From Octopus vulgaris (lineage: Eukaryota): a stretch of 64,000 nt of DNA. The stretch spans positions 152,892,001-152,956,000 of the forward strand of contig OX597814.1 of assembly GCA_951406725.2 (NCBI GenBank), written 5' to 3'. This document shows, in pieces, positions 48,522 to 63,846 of this stretch. The translations under genes were made by a program, and so were the position numbers. Within the stretch, counting starts at the first letter, position 1; every line of letters starts with the position of its first letter. Below the pieces are notes generated by a model. The model saw nothing but the letters and a program-made list of their open reading frames with translations. It did no database searches and was not told the origin of the DNA.

Positions 48522-50761
48522 GTAAATACAACAAAATATAATTGTTAGTTATTAGCAATTTAGGAAACAAAAACTATTTAGATTTTTTTTTCTCATATCA
48601 TCCAATGTTATCCAGACCAAACAATAAGTTAATAAGAGATGTCTACGTTATTACTCAACATTCTAAAAATAGCAGCGAAATTTCATCATACTACCTTAAA
48701 AAAAGGGACACATCAAATGTGGTACAAAAGCTGATACTACAGGATAATGCACCCTTAAAAAATTTCGTGTTCCCCCAAATTTACCTGATTCACCCTTTCC
48801 CCTTTATGGCTTTTTTTTTTACTATGTTCACTTCTCTGTCATTTTATATTTTATCCAGTGTGTTATGCATGCACTTTTAGATTTCATTGCTGTCTTTCTT
48901 TGTCTTACTGCTGGCTTCTATCCCTTCTTTTACTTTCTTCCAGCAAGTCGTAGTGCATCTGAACGCTAAGTTCAGTTCTGCTCAAATTATAGCTGGCCTA
49001 GAGCAAAACAACAACAACAATTTACTAATAAGGAAATTGTATGAAATTAACTCCTTTCCCCACAAAGGCCACAAGGGATAAAAAAAAAATGTAACCAATC
49101 ATGTAATGTTTCTTTTAACAGAAGAAAAAACAAATACATAATTACTAATGATACAGTTACCAACATTACATTTGCTAATGTCAACTTTATTAACAGGCGC
49201 AGAAATGCTTAATTACAATTTCTGGGTGTTTTCTAAAGACTAAATGTTACTAAATAATTTCTTCTAATTGATTTCAGCCATCAGCTTTGGATAATGAAGA
49301 GCTACTACACACACAGTCTAGAATTCTGTTTGCCATCTGTGTTCATTCACTGAGAGAATTGCTGTGAAAAGTCAATAAATACTAGTTATCTTAGATGACT
49401 GACTAACTAAAAGACTAATTAAACACCAATGTCAATGATGCTTCTTACAAATGTAAAAAAGACAAATTCCAATAAAAGCTGTGGAATTTAAAATTTTTAC
49501 ATAACATTTTTAAAACTATAGTTGTTTGTGTTTTTATTTTTTAAGTTTAAATTATTCAATTAGAAGAAAAGGTTTTCTTTCATTTTCTGACCCATGGAAA
49601 CAGCATAATTTCTCTATGAATACGAAAGTATTCAAATTTCTTTAGGAATGTTGGAGTATTAAAACTGTGTTTAGTTTCTCAGCTAAACTTTCTACCTGTC
49701 TCAAGCAGGAAACAAAGGATTATATTGTTGTTTGAAATTACTTGTTTTAATTAAGATGCCTTTCTGAATGTATTGTAAGATTTGCAGAAAGTTCCAGTCA
49801 ACCAATAGCAAAAACGAAAGAATTTGTCTATAATACTATGTGTACACTTAGCAATGCAAAAATGGGAACATTTAGACTATTTGTGTCTTAGTTTCGTCAG
49901 AGACCAATTGAATAGATAGGTATGTTGAAGTGAAGACATATTCTGAAAATTGTTACTTGAGAGGAAGAAGAACCTAAGATGATCTTCACAAACCACAGCA
50001 AAAACAATTCATCAAGGAGGAAAGAAGATTTCTTAGTTCTGGCTGACCTTCCATTACTGTGTACATGCACCCAGTGCACACTGTAATGTGGTTATGTGAC
50101 AGGAAGAAAACCTAACCATAATAACAATGCCAAAATCACAACATATGCAACAACGAAGACTGATGCTTCGTTCTGCTGTTAGGTGTATCAAAAGATTTTA
50201 ATCAGTGACAAGACATTGTTATCTTAATGCTAGCATGAAATAAAAACCCAGACATATGATGATGATGATGATTAGACTGAAAAACTTATCCTGGATGAAA
50301 TTTCTTCATTGTATACTATACAAACCTTTAGGCGTCACACAAGCATTAAAAAGCATAGAGTTGTTGATTGGGTAGAATTGCCTCATAATGGTCCAAGAAT
50401 ATTCCAGCTATTTTACTACCCAGTATAACTTTTTCCATTCAAAGGCATAGGTTGTGTCTCTCACTGAGCACCAACTACAATCATGTCATCAGTCTCCAGA
50501 CTGCAGAAGTCAGTGTCACTATTCTCATTCATTTTTTTATATATCTCTAAAGTGGCTAAAATGGCCATGGGAGGACAGTGCAAAAGTAGATTTAACAAAA
50601 CACTTACTAGGAAATAAGTGTTGGTCTTATTTTGATGCACTAAATGTGGATAATATTTTTCTTTCCTTCTGTAACATAACCTATCTTCGATTAAGGGTCA
50701 TTGTAAATGAAACACCATAAAAGAATAATTGTAAATAAGAAAATATCTATAGTTATATATA

Positions 50762-51538
50762 CGTGGTCTGATTAATAAGTATCTGGACTGTTACCATAGT
50801 AATGAAGCTAAAGCACACAGAGTAAAGAGATGCTTGGCACATATTGACCTTGAACTCTGTTGTGCATGTGCACTAAGTTTTAATGTTCTAACTCATTTCT
50901 GCTGTTTACAGCAGTGTTTGGAAGGAATGTGTCAAGCATGTGAGTGTCGCATTGACTATGACAGAGAAAGTTGAGCAGAGAATCTGCATCAAATTTTACC
51001 AAATGCTTGGTGATACCTGCTCAGAGGTTGACACAAAGTTTTCAAAAAGTCTTCACTGTTCTCAACACAATCAAGGAGATCTCGTGTAAACTGAAACCGG
51101 AGTGTCTTTTTGGTCAGCTGAAAGTAGTTTTGGCACAAACTTGGCAGACACGTGTCTCATACCCACATCTTCAGTGATAATGCTTTTCTCAATTCTGGTG
51201 GTCATGAGTTTCCTAGAACGTTTGTCACTATCAACATTTTTTCAGCCATCTTGGAAGCATCTGAACTGCTCATACACTCCTCTACACTTTCTGCAAGTTT
51301 GCATAGGCCTCTGAGCAGGTATCGCCATGATAACTTTCTGTCATGGTCAATGCAATGATCATGCACTACACATGTTCCTTCCAAGCTCTGCTGTAAACAG
51401 CAGAAGTGAGCTAGAATGTTAAAATTTAGTGCATATGTACAGCAGAATCCAAGGTCAGTCTGTGCAAAGCAACTTCACTCTGCATGCTTTAGCTTCCTTA
51501 TAATGGCAACAGTCCGGATACTTATTCATCAGACCTTG
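50762..51538. mobile_element. mariner foldback derivative made of two inverted 5' ends
   Basis: ta|cgtggtctgattaataagtatctggactgtt ... aacagtccggatacttattcatcagaccttg; arms of about 250 bp. The left arm encodes MTEKVEQRICIKFYQMLGDTCSE; the right arm (minus) encodes GDTCSEAYANLQKV and FQDG*KNVDSDKRS. Confidence 0.85.
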
Positions 51539-53035
51539 TGTGCGTGTGAGTGTGTGTGCATCTATATATAAATATAAATATATATATACACGCACGCACA
51601 CACACGCATAAAATTACATGTATATAATTATATATAGGTCAGACTATGTTTTCATGAGGAACAAAACACTGAGAAGAAATACACCTTCAATGAGTCATAA
51701 AATAGGCCAATAACAAATATAAAACCCTGTGACAGTAAAATCAGGTACAAAAATAACCTCAAACAAAATGCCTGCGAGAAGTATGTCTACTTATGAATAA
51801 CACAGGAGAAAAAAATAAAAATAAAAAAACTAAGTGCAATTCATCACGACACCTGTAGATACTAGAAACTAAATGAATTAAATGCAACAAAGAAAAGCAA
51901 GTCGTTTCAAGTGAGTCAATGAAGAAGCCTCTATATGGCTGCTCAAAATTGCTAGAAAAAGCAATCAAATCTACCTCAAATCACACATGCTGCTATTGTG
52001 TAAAAGATAATGTGGTCCTAGTTAAGCCAGGCTTAAAATGAATAAATAGATTACAAGATGGTCATGCCTGGAGTGCTTCTGGTTGCAAGTCTGCTTGGTT
52101 AGGATGTAACTGAGGTTAAGAAGCAACATGCTTCAAGTAAAACCATATAAATAAACATAATAGTGAGATTTGTGAATCAGAATGCAATGTATGTTTTAAT
52201 GGTATTAATAGTATTTAAGTGTATATGAGAAAAAGAGAGATGACTAGAAACTTGAAATTTAAATAACTAGATATATTAAGTGCTTTGTGCAATTATCATA
52301 CATTATTTACTTTTCACTTTTATTAAGCAAAGACTTCAGTTCATATGATAGGCTTTGGTGACTTGGTCCATTGTCCAAGGTTTATATTTTTTGTCATATT
52401 CATAAGTTTCCAGGCAATTAAGCCATCTTATCAAATCAAAGTTATAAGGAGAATAAAATATAAAGAAAATTAGTGTAACCACATTAGTTGTTTTTGTATG
52501 ACCAATACATTCAGGTAATCCATCTCCTCAACCCTTTCAATGCCAACCCAATTGAAACCACCTCTGGTTCAATAAAATAAATTGTTTTATTTTAATGTGT
52601 TTATGATATAAATCGAAGCCTTCTGTCATAATTCTATGCAAGAAACTCTTCAGATATGACCCGAACACCAGCCTAATAATGGTTTCAAATGTTGGCACAA
52701 GGCCAGCAATTTTAGGGGAGGGGTAAGTTGATTACATTGACCCCAGTGTTCAACAGGCACTTATTTTATCAACCCTAAAAGGATGAAAGGCAAAGCCAGC
52801 CTCAGTGGAATTTGAACTTAGAATATAAAAACTGACAAAATGCTAATGATCCCACCAGCTCACCACCTTCCATTAACCTAATAATGATATTTTATTAATC
52901 ACTGCCAGTTACTTCATCTTTTCATTTTAATTAATTTAAACACACGGATAGTTTAGTTCATTGAAAACATGTTCATGACAATGAAATTTCCTATTAAATA
53001 AAGGTGGTGGGGACACAGAAAAAAATTTAGTTTAA

Positions 53036-53251
53036 CCCTTTATCATTCAGATTGTCAAAATTGATGCTTATTTATTGATATTGTTTTGAATTAATCATGC
53101 ATTATCTTGTAGCTTCAAGATTTCAATCATGTGATTGCTTATTTTTACACTGACATTGTAGGGTAGGTGAGAAGGCCCAGATCTGACCAGTTTGAACATA
53201 GAACAGGTAGAATAATTTGGCTAGATTTGGCCAGTTTAAATTCTAAAAGTT
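53036..53251 (+). mobile_element. piggyBac-type MITE (family P1)
   Basis: ttaa-ccctttatcattcagatt...ggccagtttaaattctaaaagt-ttaa; same body as copies near 6964, 17150 and 53835. Confidence 0.6.
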
Positions 53252-56124
53252 TAATTAATGAGAATCCAATACATGTTAATAAGATAAGATATTCACCATT
53301 TCTCATAGAATTCAAGTCTACTGCATGTAACTTTTCATGAAGTAGACTAGCATTTGTTCCCACAGCTTTCTGGGGGTGACCTAAGGGAGCAATATAACAG
53401 ATTTAAACTAATGACCTATGAACCATTGGGAGTCACTTTGCCATATTTCTGAAGAGCTATTTCTGTTAATGTTTCAGCAATGACTATTTCAAGAACACTT
53501 TAAAAAGTAGGCAGAAGGTACAAATATTCTCATAACCAGCAGTAAATAAGCTTTTTTCTCACACATCCATACATGGCTTTACTTAATGCTATTCTCACCA
53601 ACAACACAACCACTTTCAAGACTATTAAGTGGAAGTGTTCACTCATCAAATTAGTTACAAATATCACAAGTTTCTTCTGATCTTATTCAAAATTATGACT
53701 GAACATTTTCTTAAAAAAAAAGAAAGAAAGAAAGAAAAAGAAAATTTATGCAAATAATCAGATAAACCAAAAAGCCTCTATGTGATTTCTTGATCTGCTA
53801 GAAATAGCAGCCAAATCTCCCTCAAATTGCATACCCTTTACCTTTTGATATTCAGATTACTCTGTCAAATGTAATGCTTATTTATATGCATCATTTTGAA
53901 TTAAGCATTTTGAATGACATTATAAAACAGGCATGAGAGGCTGAATCTGACCGATTTGAATACAAAACGGGTGAAATATTTTGGCCAGATATGATTGATC
54001 TAAATGCTAAAGGGTTAATGTCTTATAAAGATAGAACATATTAGATACATATGTCTGAAATATGTCTATAATGGATAAATAAATAAATAACCAATATTCA
54101 TAAAATGGCTCTACTTATTGTATTTATATTCTACAAAATAAACTAAACCAGTTTATTTTATATAAACCAACTGTTTAAACTAAGATACCAACGTGACTAG
54201 GATCAGGACTTCAGCAGAATCTTGCTAATCATAGATTTCTCAGATTCATTATAATTCCCACCAACAGGTCAAAGCAAGTACAAAAATGAAATAAATAGTA
54301 TCAATTTACTAAGGCAATAAAAACATTTTACGTGGGCGCTCAACATTCTATTTGATTGTGTTCCATCCATTCATATTTTAGTTTGTGAAACCTACTTTTG
54401 ACAGGAACAAACATTAAATGTTTCTCTCTATGACATCATGAAAAAGGGAATTTCTTGTTTAGTCTATTATTAGGAAATATTTACTTTTCAGAACACTTCT
54501 TTTAAAAAAGAAATGTGTCTAATTTACAGATGATAAATAACCTAAGTTTATCAGTATAAAACATATGTATTATCTGATGTCTGCTTTCTATACTTGGATG
54601 GGTTGTCATGACCCAAGTTAGCTACCAATTCAAGTTACTATCTTCCTAGGTGGCTTGAGTGGGAATGCATGTCTTACTTGTAGGTTTAGCTTTGGTATTG
54701 TTTCTATGATTGGAGGACATCCTAACACCAACCACTTTACAGAGCATACTTATTTAAAACTCTGTTCCTAATGGACCATAGCCCACTGGCAACTTTTCTC
54801 CAACATTCTTGACACCTGCTTCTCCTCAGTTAGATACATGCTACTTTTGGCTTTGCAGCTTCCTTTCAGATTTTGCTGCACCACATATGTATCTCCAACG
54901 AGAAAGCTTTCTTTTCCTAAGTCTTGTTGGTTCTGAATTGCCATCACTGCTTCTATTATAACTTTGCTTTTTTCTAGGTAGGGGTGCTGACCCTACTCAA
55001 ACCCATTTTTACTTGGTTTCTATCCTTTGATTTGTTCACCATGGGAGACCCTGCCAGGAGCCTGCACTCAACCAACATAGCTCTCAGGTTAATTTGAGAT
55101 ACCAGCACAAAAGACACTGATAAGTCTTCAACAAGACAAGACTAAAGGGCCCTCTCACCCCTACATTATCTTTTCTCATTTATCAATCACATTACAGAGT
55201 ACAGACTGAATTTTACCTCGACACCAGTACAAGCGAGGTTGCCTTGTTGTATGCAGCTACCCTGTTCATTGGAGCAACAAGACTATAATTAAAGTGGGCA
55301 ATCGCAGAAAATGAACTAAAGTGCCTGGGAGAAAGGGTGAAAATATAAAGGAAGAAACAGAATTATTTGATTACTTTTTTTTTTGTATGTTAAGTACAAC
55401 AGTTTCTCAAAATTCATTGATAAAAGAAGTGGTGGCATTCAACTAGTGTTTGCATTATCTCCAGTGAAGGAGCTTCCCCCAAATGTCATTCGTTTTTCTC
55501 ACAGCAACAATTCATTGAGGTAATGTTATCCATTTCCCACTGCACACATATTAGAATTTTTTTTAAAGCTTTCTGCATTAAACCACTTTAACACTAGTTT
55601 TATTTATACAACATTGTGAACATTTTCCACTTACTATTTACAAACCACACCATCAGTAGTTGCCTTACTTCTAATGATTTACTTTACTGTTTATAATATC
55701 TTGGTTACTTCAACAAATGTCTATTGTTTTAGTTTGTTTGCATCATTCATCTATGAAATAGAATTACACCCATTGATAAAATACTGACACATTTGTTATT
55801 TTTTCCACTTTCTTTCTTTTTATCAGTTAGTCAGAGACAGGGTAGCCTCCTTCTCCAAGCTGGTAGGAGACAGGAGGCAGGTATCACAACTAATGAGTTG
55901 CTGCAGTAAGAAATAACATATCAAAATATTGAGTTATCCTCAGACTTGTTTCCTTGTTAGAATGTTTGCAACAATGCTAAAAGCACCTAAGTGTTAGATG
56001 ATAGTGTAAAACCAAAAAGAACAGATTAAATCTATCAGACAAGAACAGCTACAGTTTATCTTCTATACCCTCTCTCTCTTTCGGAGAGGCACTGAGCAGT
56101 TATACGCACACATACACACACGGC

Positions 56125-56613
56125 AGTAACTTCCACCTACCGAATTCAATCACAAAGCTCCGGTCGGCTCGGGGCTATAGTGAAAGACACCTACCCAAAG
56201 TGCCACGCAGTGGGACTGAACCCGAAACCATGTAGCTAGGAAGCAAGCTCCCTAACCACACAGCCATGCCCGCGCCTACAAAAATGTATGCACATATACG
56301 CAGCGCTATGCGTGTGGCAAGTTTTCTACAGCCGGATGCCCTTCCTGACGCCAACCCCCACCTGTTGCCAAGCAAGGTAGTTTTTTCCCTACAGTTTCTT
56401 TATTGCCGACAAGGAGCTAAACACAGAGGGGACAAACAAGGGATTAAGTCAATTACATCGACCCAAGTGCGTAACTGGCACTTAATTTATCGACCCCGAA
56501 AGGATGAAAGGCAAAGTCAACCTCGGTGGAATTTGAACTCAGAACGTAATGGCCAATGAAATACCACTAAGCATTTCACACGGCATGCTAATGTTTCTGC
56601 CAGCTCGCCGCCT
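56125..56613 (-). mobile_element. Adjacent SINE A head, family C fragment and SINE B copy
   Basis: 56125-56277 family A, 56310-56375 family C core, 56395-56613 family B, all on the minus strand. Confidence 0.7.
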
Positions 56614-57551
56614 TGTATCTTCCATACAGTTTCTGCCTAACTCCACTTATAAGGCAAGATTCGACTTGAGGCTATAGTAGAAGCTTGCCCATAGTGCTTA
56701 TCAATGAAACTAAACCTAGAACAATGTAACTGTAAAATAAACTTAAGCACATGTCTGTGCTTTGTAAATAGTAGTCAAATCTCCATCAAACCAAACCAAC
56801 AGTCTTGAAAAGAAAAAAATGAGTCAGTTATAACTAGTGCTGGTCCTTAGCTAAACAACATCTCTCAAATCACAGAGCAGTGTCTTAAGAAAAGGGAAGG
56901 CTATAATGTAGTCCTTGAGAACGGGGTATGCAAAAACATATAGGGTGGACATTTTATATACATATATTCGCTGTAGTTGAAAGTATGTTACATGTAAAGA
57001 AATGGGTGACCAAAACCCCCACTATGCCACTGCCTTAATGCACTATGACTGAAAAAAAAAGTCCAAGGAATAAACAAAATGAAGCATCAGTTTACAAAAA
57101 AGAACCAGTAAGTTGAATGAATACTACTTGTAACTTGCAGATAAGTTGCACCAGAATTACAAACTAACAACTTTAACTACTTGAGATTTCACACTTCTTT
57201 ATCCTATGATGGTGATGTTTCATAATGTTTCCCATCACTAGAATTATATGAGTCAGTAGACCATTACTTATATATTTATCCAATAACTAAATCTTCACTA
57301 GTTATTCCAGTTAAATATCTTAGTAGGTAGAAAGTTCACAACTTAACTCTTGCAATATTCAGTTTGAACCAGTTTCTCTTATATTGCTAATATCCTTGAG
57401 AAGGTATGAAAGTTAAAACAGCTAATTTCCTCTTTCCTGAAATCTAAAGTTTCGTATGTAAACAATTTTTTTTCTTCCTTTTTTTAAAATTAATTTCATA
57501 TAATAGCAGAGAGAATATATATATATATATAGTGGATAACTCTCTAATAAT

Positions 57552-57552
<1 letters not shown>

Positions 57553-57592
<40 letters not shown>

Positions 57593-58145
57593 TATATATA
57601 TACACACACACATATACATATATACATACACACACATATACATATATACATACACATATACATATATACATACACACACATACATATACATATATATACA
57701 CACACACATACATATACATATATATACACACACACACATATACATATATATACACACACACATACATATACATATATATATACACACACACATACATATA
57801 CATATATATATACACACACACATACATATACATATATATACACACACACATATACATATATATATATACACACACATACATATATATATACACACACATA
57901 CATATATATATACACACACATACATATATATATACACACATACATATATACGTATATATATACACACACATACATATATATATATATATACACACACACA
58001 CATATATATACACACACACACACATATATATATACACACACACACACATATATATACACACACACACATATACATATATATATATACACACACACACATA
58101 TATATACACACATACACACATATATATATATACACACACACACAC
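57553..58145. repeat. Compound (TA)n/(CA)n microsatellite, about 600 bp
   Basis: Almost pure alternating purine-pyrimidine tract with a loose higher-order period of roughly 20-30 bp. Confidence 0.97.
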
Positions 58146-58778
58146 TTAACTATTAACTTCTTTAGCTTGATCTGGCAGCAGTATTCTTCATGTTTTTAAT
58201 AACTAAAATATTTTGATATCACTTACCAGCTGCATAGTTTATCTAATGACAGTTTTGTAAGGTAAATGATATTCAATTCCAATTAAGAAACGAACAGTAC
58301 ACCACAGACACCATTACAATTTACATGGAAGTTTCTATGTAGCTGTTCAACTGGCTAGAAACAGCAGTCAGTATCTTATGAGTTGCAAGGCAGCAAGCTG
58401 GCAGAATCATTGGCACCCCGGGCTAAATGCTTAGTGGCATTTTGTCAATCTTTATGTTCTGAGTTCAAACTCCACCAAGACCAGCTTTACCTTTTATCCT
58501 TTCAAGGTTGATAAAATAAGTACTAGTTATCTCTTCCTCCGAAAGGTTGATAAAACAAGTACTACTTATCCCCTCCCCTGAAATTGCTGGCCTTGTGCCA
58601 AAATTTGAAACCAATATCGTCAGAGCTGCCCTTTAATTCTTAGTCAACCCTGATCCAGTCAACCTTTCCAGCTATAACTGTTGTCCTTTTTTTTTTCCAG
58701 TGTATTCTGCTTTACTTAAAATGATATGGTGTAATTCAAAGGAGATTTAGCTGCAGTTTCTAAATCTAGCACTCACAT

Positions 58779-59171
58779 AGGTGCAGGAGTGGCTGTGTGG
58801 TAAGTAGCTTGTTTACCAACCATATGGTTCCGGGTTCAGTCCCACTGCATGGCACCTTGGGCAAATGTTTTCTACTATAGTCTCGGGCCGACCAAAGCCT
58901 TGTGAGTGGATTTGGTAGACGGAAACTGAAAGAACCCCGTCGCATATATGTATATATATATGCGTGTGTGAGTTTGTCCCCCTAGCATTGCTTGACAACC
59001 GATGCTGGTGTGTTTATGCCCCCGTTACTTAGCGGTTCGGCAAAAGAGACCGATAGAATAAGTACTGGGCTTACAAAAGAATAAGTCCCAGGGTCAAGTT
59101 GCTCGATTAAAGGCGGTGCTCCAGCATGGCCGCAGTCAAATGACTGAAACAAGTAAAAAAAAGTAAAGAGT
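58779..59171 (+). mobile_element. SINE family A
   Basis: Full-length, well preserved copy. Confidence 0.85.
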
Positions 59172-61556
59172 ACAGAGATTCAATCACTGGCTTTAGGATC
59201 TCTTTTTAGAAAATAATCAGCAACCTGAATTGAAAACGGAAAAAATTTGATGAATCACACGGTATCTATGCCAATGGTTTGTGCCAAAATGTATTTGACT
59301 TGCATGTACTGCATGACACACTCTAAATCTAGAACAGATGTAGTAACAAGCTAAAGCTAGGTGAGGGAGACAAATGACAACATGGTTTCTTTTGACATAT
59401 TTCCTACATACTGGCTGGGACAATCCCTAAAACTACAACCAACTACAAACTTCACTTCCATTATCAATTTAAAAGACAAGCCTGATAATTATACACTTAC
59501 CCTCCAACCGACTAACCAACTCTCTTCCCTCTTTCACACACACACACACTTGTGGTTTCCTCCCTGCTACAAAGTTTGAAACTAAATAATATGAAATCAA
59601 ATTAGTTTATTTTATGGTGTGCTTTGCTGATGTATTTTAAATAAGTTTCTAAAAGTAAGCACATTTGATAACAGCCAGTCTGTGGAGATCTATAACACAA
59701 AATTTAATTTTAGAAAGTATCCATTTTTAAAGTGAAACCTTACTTCATAAATATTCCAGATACCAACTTAAGGAAAAAGTTAAGCTTGCTATCACATGGT
59801 TTCAGGTTCAGTCCCACTGCACAGCAACTTAGGCGAAGTGTCTTCTACTGCAGCACTGGGCTAACCAAAGCATTGTAAATGGAAATAGAAGAAGCTTGTG
59901 TGTGTGTTTGCATGTGTGCATGTACACACATGCATTTGTGTATATTTATCTGTGTTTGTCTTACCACCACTGCTTGACAACCAGTATTGGTTTGTTTATG
60001 GCCCCAAAGCTTAGTGGTTCAGCAAAAGAGACCAGTAGAACAAGTGCCAAACTTAAAAAAAAAAGGACTGAAGCCAATTTGTTAACCTAAAACCCTTCAA
60101 GGCGATGCCCCAGTATGGCCACAGTCCAATGAGTGAAACAAGTTGAAGATAAAAGATTATTCTGAATTCTTGATTATCTTCTAAATTATTTAAATACATT
60201 AGAAAGCACCATCATCTTTTAATGTCCACTTTTCTATTTCTGTATGGGTTAAATGAAATTTGTTGAGGCATCTTTTCTACAGCCAGATGCCCTACCTGTC
60301 ACCAACCCTCACTTGTTTCCAAGTAAGGTAATATTCCACCAAGGAAGACAGGAAAGGAACCACATCACATGTACGATAGTGATGCTCATTTACAATCACC
60401 ACATGATGTCGAGGCAAGGACACACACACACTGTAAAGTAATGGCATTTGGAAGGGCATCCAGTTGTAAGAACCATGCCAAAATTAACCTCACCTGTGCT
60501 AGTGCCATGTAAAAAGCACCGAGTCCACTCTGCAGAGTGGTTGGTGTTAGGAAGGGCACCCAGCCTTAAAAATCCTGCCAAAGCAAACTCAGTAGCATAG
60601 GGTAGTTTTTCAACCTGGCCAGTTCCTATGTACTTTCCTACCCATGCATCCATGGAAGATAGACATTAAATGATGATGATACATACAACAGGCTTCAAGT
60701 TTCCATTTACCAAGACTTTAGTTGGCCCAGGGTTATAATAGTAAAAGACAGGTTTCAAGGTGTTGTACAATAGGACTGAACCCAAGACCATATGGTTGGG
60801 AAGCAAACTTCTTAACCACACAGCCACACTTGTGCCTATATATGGTCAAAAAACAAGTTCAAAAAATTCAATGGAAGACATTATTAGTTCAACTCATGCC
60901 AGCATAGAAAATAGACATTAAATGATGAGGAGGAGCCTGCAGCCAACAGGTGAATTACAGGTGTTCTCTGTGGGCTCAGAACCATTTAAAAAATTTTTCT
61001 AATTTTAAGTTATTTCTGGGGCATTGAGCAGCTGGTGGCTTTTGGGTAGCTTTTTTTTGTGTCAATATTTGTTTAATTTTTGCTTACATATAAGCATTGC
61101 CAATGATGGAAATGAGCGGGATAGACAGGGATATGTTTATATATAAGATATGTTCTAATCTAATACAGATGTAGGTTATGAGCAATAGCATAAAAAAATA
61201 AAGCAGGCCATTACACAAAAAAAAAAAGTTGCTAACCTCTGAACTAAAGCTAATAATTTCTTCGATTTCAACAATATAGATTTGTTAAAACCAATCAATA
61301 TGTTCAGTGTCACTACTAAGAAGCATGCATGTGTGTGCATGGCCTAGTGGTTAAGGTGCTGCATTCATGATCTAGCAGTAGTGGTTTCAGTTCCTAGACT
61401 GGGAGGTGCATAGTTTTCTTGAGCAAAACACTTCATCTTACAGGGCTCTGCGATCACTTCAACACCTGATGCATGGTACACAGTGCACCTGCTCAGATAA
61501 GGTCGATTTGATGGAGTGATGAAGGGAGTGAGCTAATGTGCAGCACAAACATTTGA

Positions 61557-61930
61557 TCATCATCATCATCATTTAACGTCCATTGTCCATGCTAGCATGG
61601 GTTGGATGGTTTGACCAGAGCTGGCAAGCTGGAAGGCTGCACCAGACTCCAGACTGATTTTGCATGGTTTCTATGGCTGGATGCCTTTCCTAACACCAAC
61701 CACTTAGAGAGTGTAATGGGTGCTTTTACATGATACCAGTATCTGCCATGACTGCAATTTTACTTGGCTTGATGGCTCTTCTTCTCAAGAACAGCATAAT
61801 GCCAAAGATCTTGGTTATTTGTCATTGCCTCTGTGAGGCCCAACACTCAAAGGGTGCTTTATACAGGCCACCAGCATCGGCCACCTTGCCTCTGTGAGGC
61901 CCAATGCTTGAAAGGTGCTTTTTACACACC
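61557..61930 (-). mobile_element. RTE-tail retroposon (family C)
   Basis: (CAT)n tail on +, ccatgctagcatgggttggatgg..., ggatgcctttcctaacaccaaccac, continuing into ttggcttgatggctcttcttctcaag (matches the RTE 3' region near 8400-8430). Confidence 0.7.
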
Positions 61931-62033
61931 AGTTATGTGACATCATTATAAACAAATCATTTGTGCAGGTCATTTAGCTAAAGCTGAATGCTCATCTGTC
62001 ATCTTTGACATGCAAGACCATCATATATATGTA

Positions 62034-62154
62034 CGAGGTCTGATCAATAAGTATCTGGACTGTTGCCTTAGTCATGAAGCTAAAGCACACAGATTGAATC
62101 TGCTTGGCACAGACTGACTTCAGATTCTGCTGTGCATGTGCACTAAGTTTTAAC
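62034..62154 (+). mobile_element. Solo end of the mariner family seen at 50762
   Basis: ta|cgaggtctgatcaataagtatctggactgttgcc...gcatgtgcactaagttttaac matches 50762-50885. Confidence 0.75.
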
Positions 62155-63369
62155 TTTGAAGCAAATTTTTGGCTGCTATTTCTAAAAGGTGAAGTGATCT
62201 TGCAGAAGCTCTTCCATTGGTTGAGAATGAAAACATGTCAATCACAACAGCAGGCTGGATCCAAACATAAGAAACAATTTAAGAAAAAGAATAAAAGCAA
62301 AATCTTAAATTGATGAATAAATTTGTTGAAGAAACTTCATAAATTGCAAATGGGGAAACTTTTACATGGTTGCTTGACCTTCTAGAAACAGTAGCAAAAT
62401 CTCCTTTCAAATCACCACATACCAATATGCATGTCTTGTATATAAAAAAAACAAAACACAGTTACAAGCAGAGTGCTCTTCCTCATAGGAGTGCTCAATT
62501 ACAGATGACCTAGGGTTAAACAGCAATTACACGGATATCTATAAGATTGTACTTTCCATTATATGTTCATAGTGATTGTATAAACAGAAATTTACTTTAA
62601 AGTCAGTTAATTATGGTGATATGTTATGATTCTGGAGCCAGATGACTCATTAGTCAACAATCAGATAAAACAAGAATGACCTCACATAGCCAGAGACAAC
62701 ACTGGTTACCATCATCACCACCACCACCTTGCTCCGCTGAGCTGTCTTTTGATGTCTGATTCATAAATCATATGAAGGAAAACCACAACTATTGTACACC
62801 CTAACTAAACTCCAGAAAAGGAATTTTATGTCAGTCCTTACATCATTTCCATCACTGCCATTGAAATTGTGTTCAGTGTATAAGAATATCAAGGGAATAA
62901 AACCAAAACTCTTCTATTCAATTACTTGTGAAGCAACAACAACTTACAAATTATTATTATATATTTATTCTTTTAATGGTTTCAGTCATCAGACTGCAGC
63001 CATGCTGGAGCACTGCCTTCAAAGGTTAGTCAATCATACTGATACCAGCACTTATTTCAGTTTGGCATTTATTGATCCTGTTTTATGGAATAGTTTTACT
63101 ACTTTGGAGTAAAAGGACATAAAAGATAAAGATGTATCTTAAGTTATCTTTTACTTGTTTCAGTCATTAGACTACACCCATGTTAGGGTAATGCCTCAAA
63201 GAACTTTTTGTCAAATGAATAGAATAGACCTGAGTACCTTTTTTTTTTAAGCCTAGCACTTATTCTGTTGGTCATTTTTGCAAAACTGTTAAGTTATAGG
63301 GATGTAAACATACTAACACTGGTTGTCATGTGGCAGTGGGAGATAAACACAGATGCAAACACACACACA

Positions 63370-63573
63370 CGAGGGGGTGCTGAAAAGTTCCTGGCTTTGG
63401 GTAAAAGAAAATACAGGAAGATCAGTTAATTATGATTTTATTTAAGATATTCCTCTCTCGAATTATTACACTTATTACAGTGATCCTTCAGCTTTTTTAA
63501 GAACTCAGAAGCTTGGGCTTCCAACCAGGCCTTCTGCAATACCCTTAATGTCAAGAACTTTTTAGCACCCTCT
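63370..63573. mobile_element. mariner-type MITE
   Basis: cgagggggtgctgaaaagttcctgg ... tcaagaactttttagcaccctct imperfect TIRs, about 200 bp. Confidence 0.6.
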
Positions 63574-63846
63574 TATTTGTGTATGTGATTCCACTTTGTG
63601 ATGTTTTTATGCAAATTATTTACTAAACCATAATTAGTTTTATGAGTCTACTATTCAGTGATAATATAGGTATGTTGTCATATGTAAGATAAACAAAAAA
63701 AAATCACATGTCCAAATCAAAAGTTTCATTTAGTTGGTTTTACAGTCAATTGTACTCAGAGACAGGCTAGACAAGAAACAATTTGAAAACTTAAAAAACC
63801 ATATTCTATCAATACTGATCTCTTCCATGTGTTATGAAAAACCTAT

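Noticed and set aside
57422-58149. ORFs of 197-239 aa rich in C/V/Y/I or H/T/Y/I
   Set aside because: Translations of a (TA)/(CA) microsatellite.
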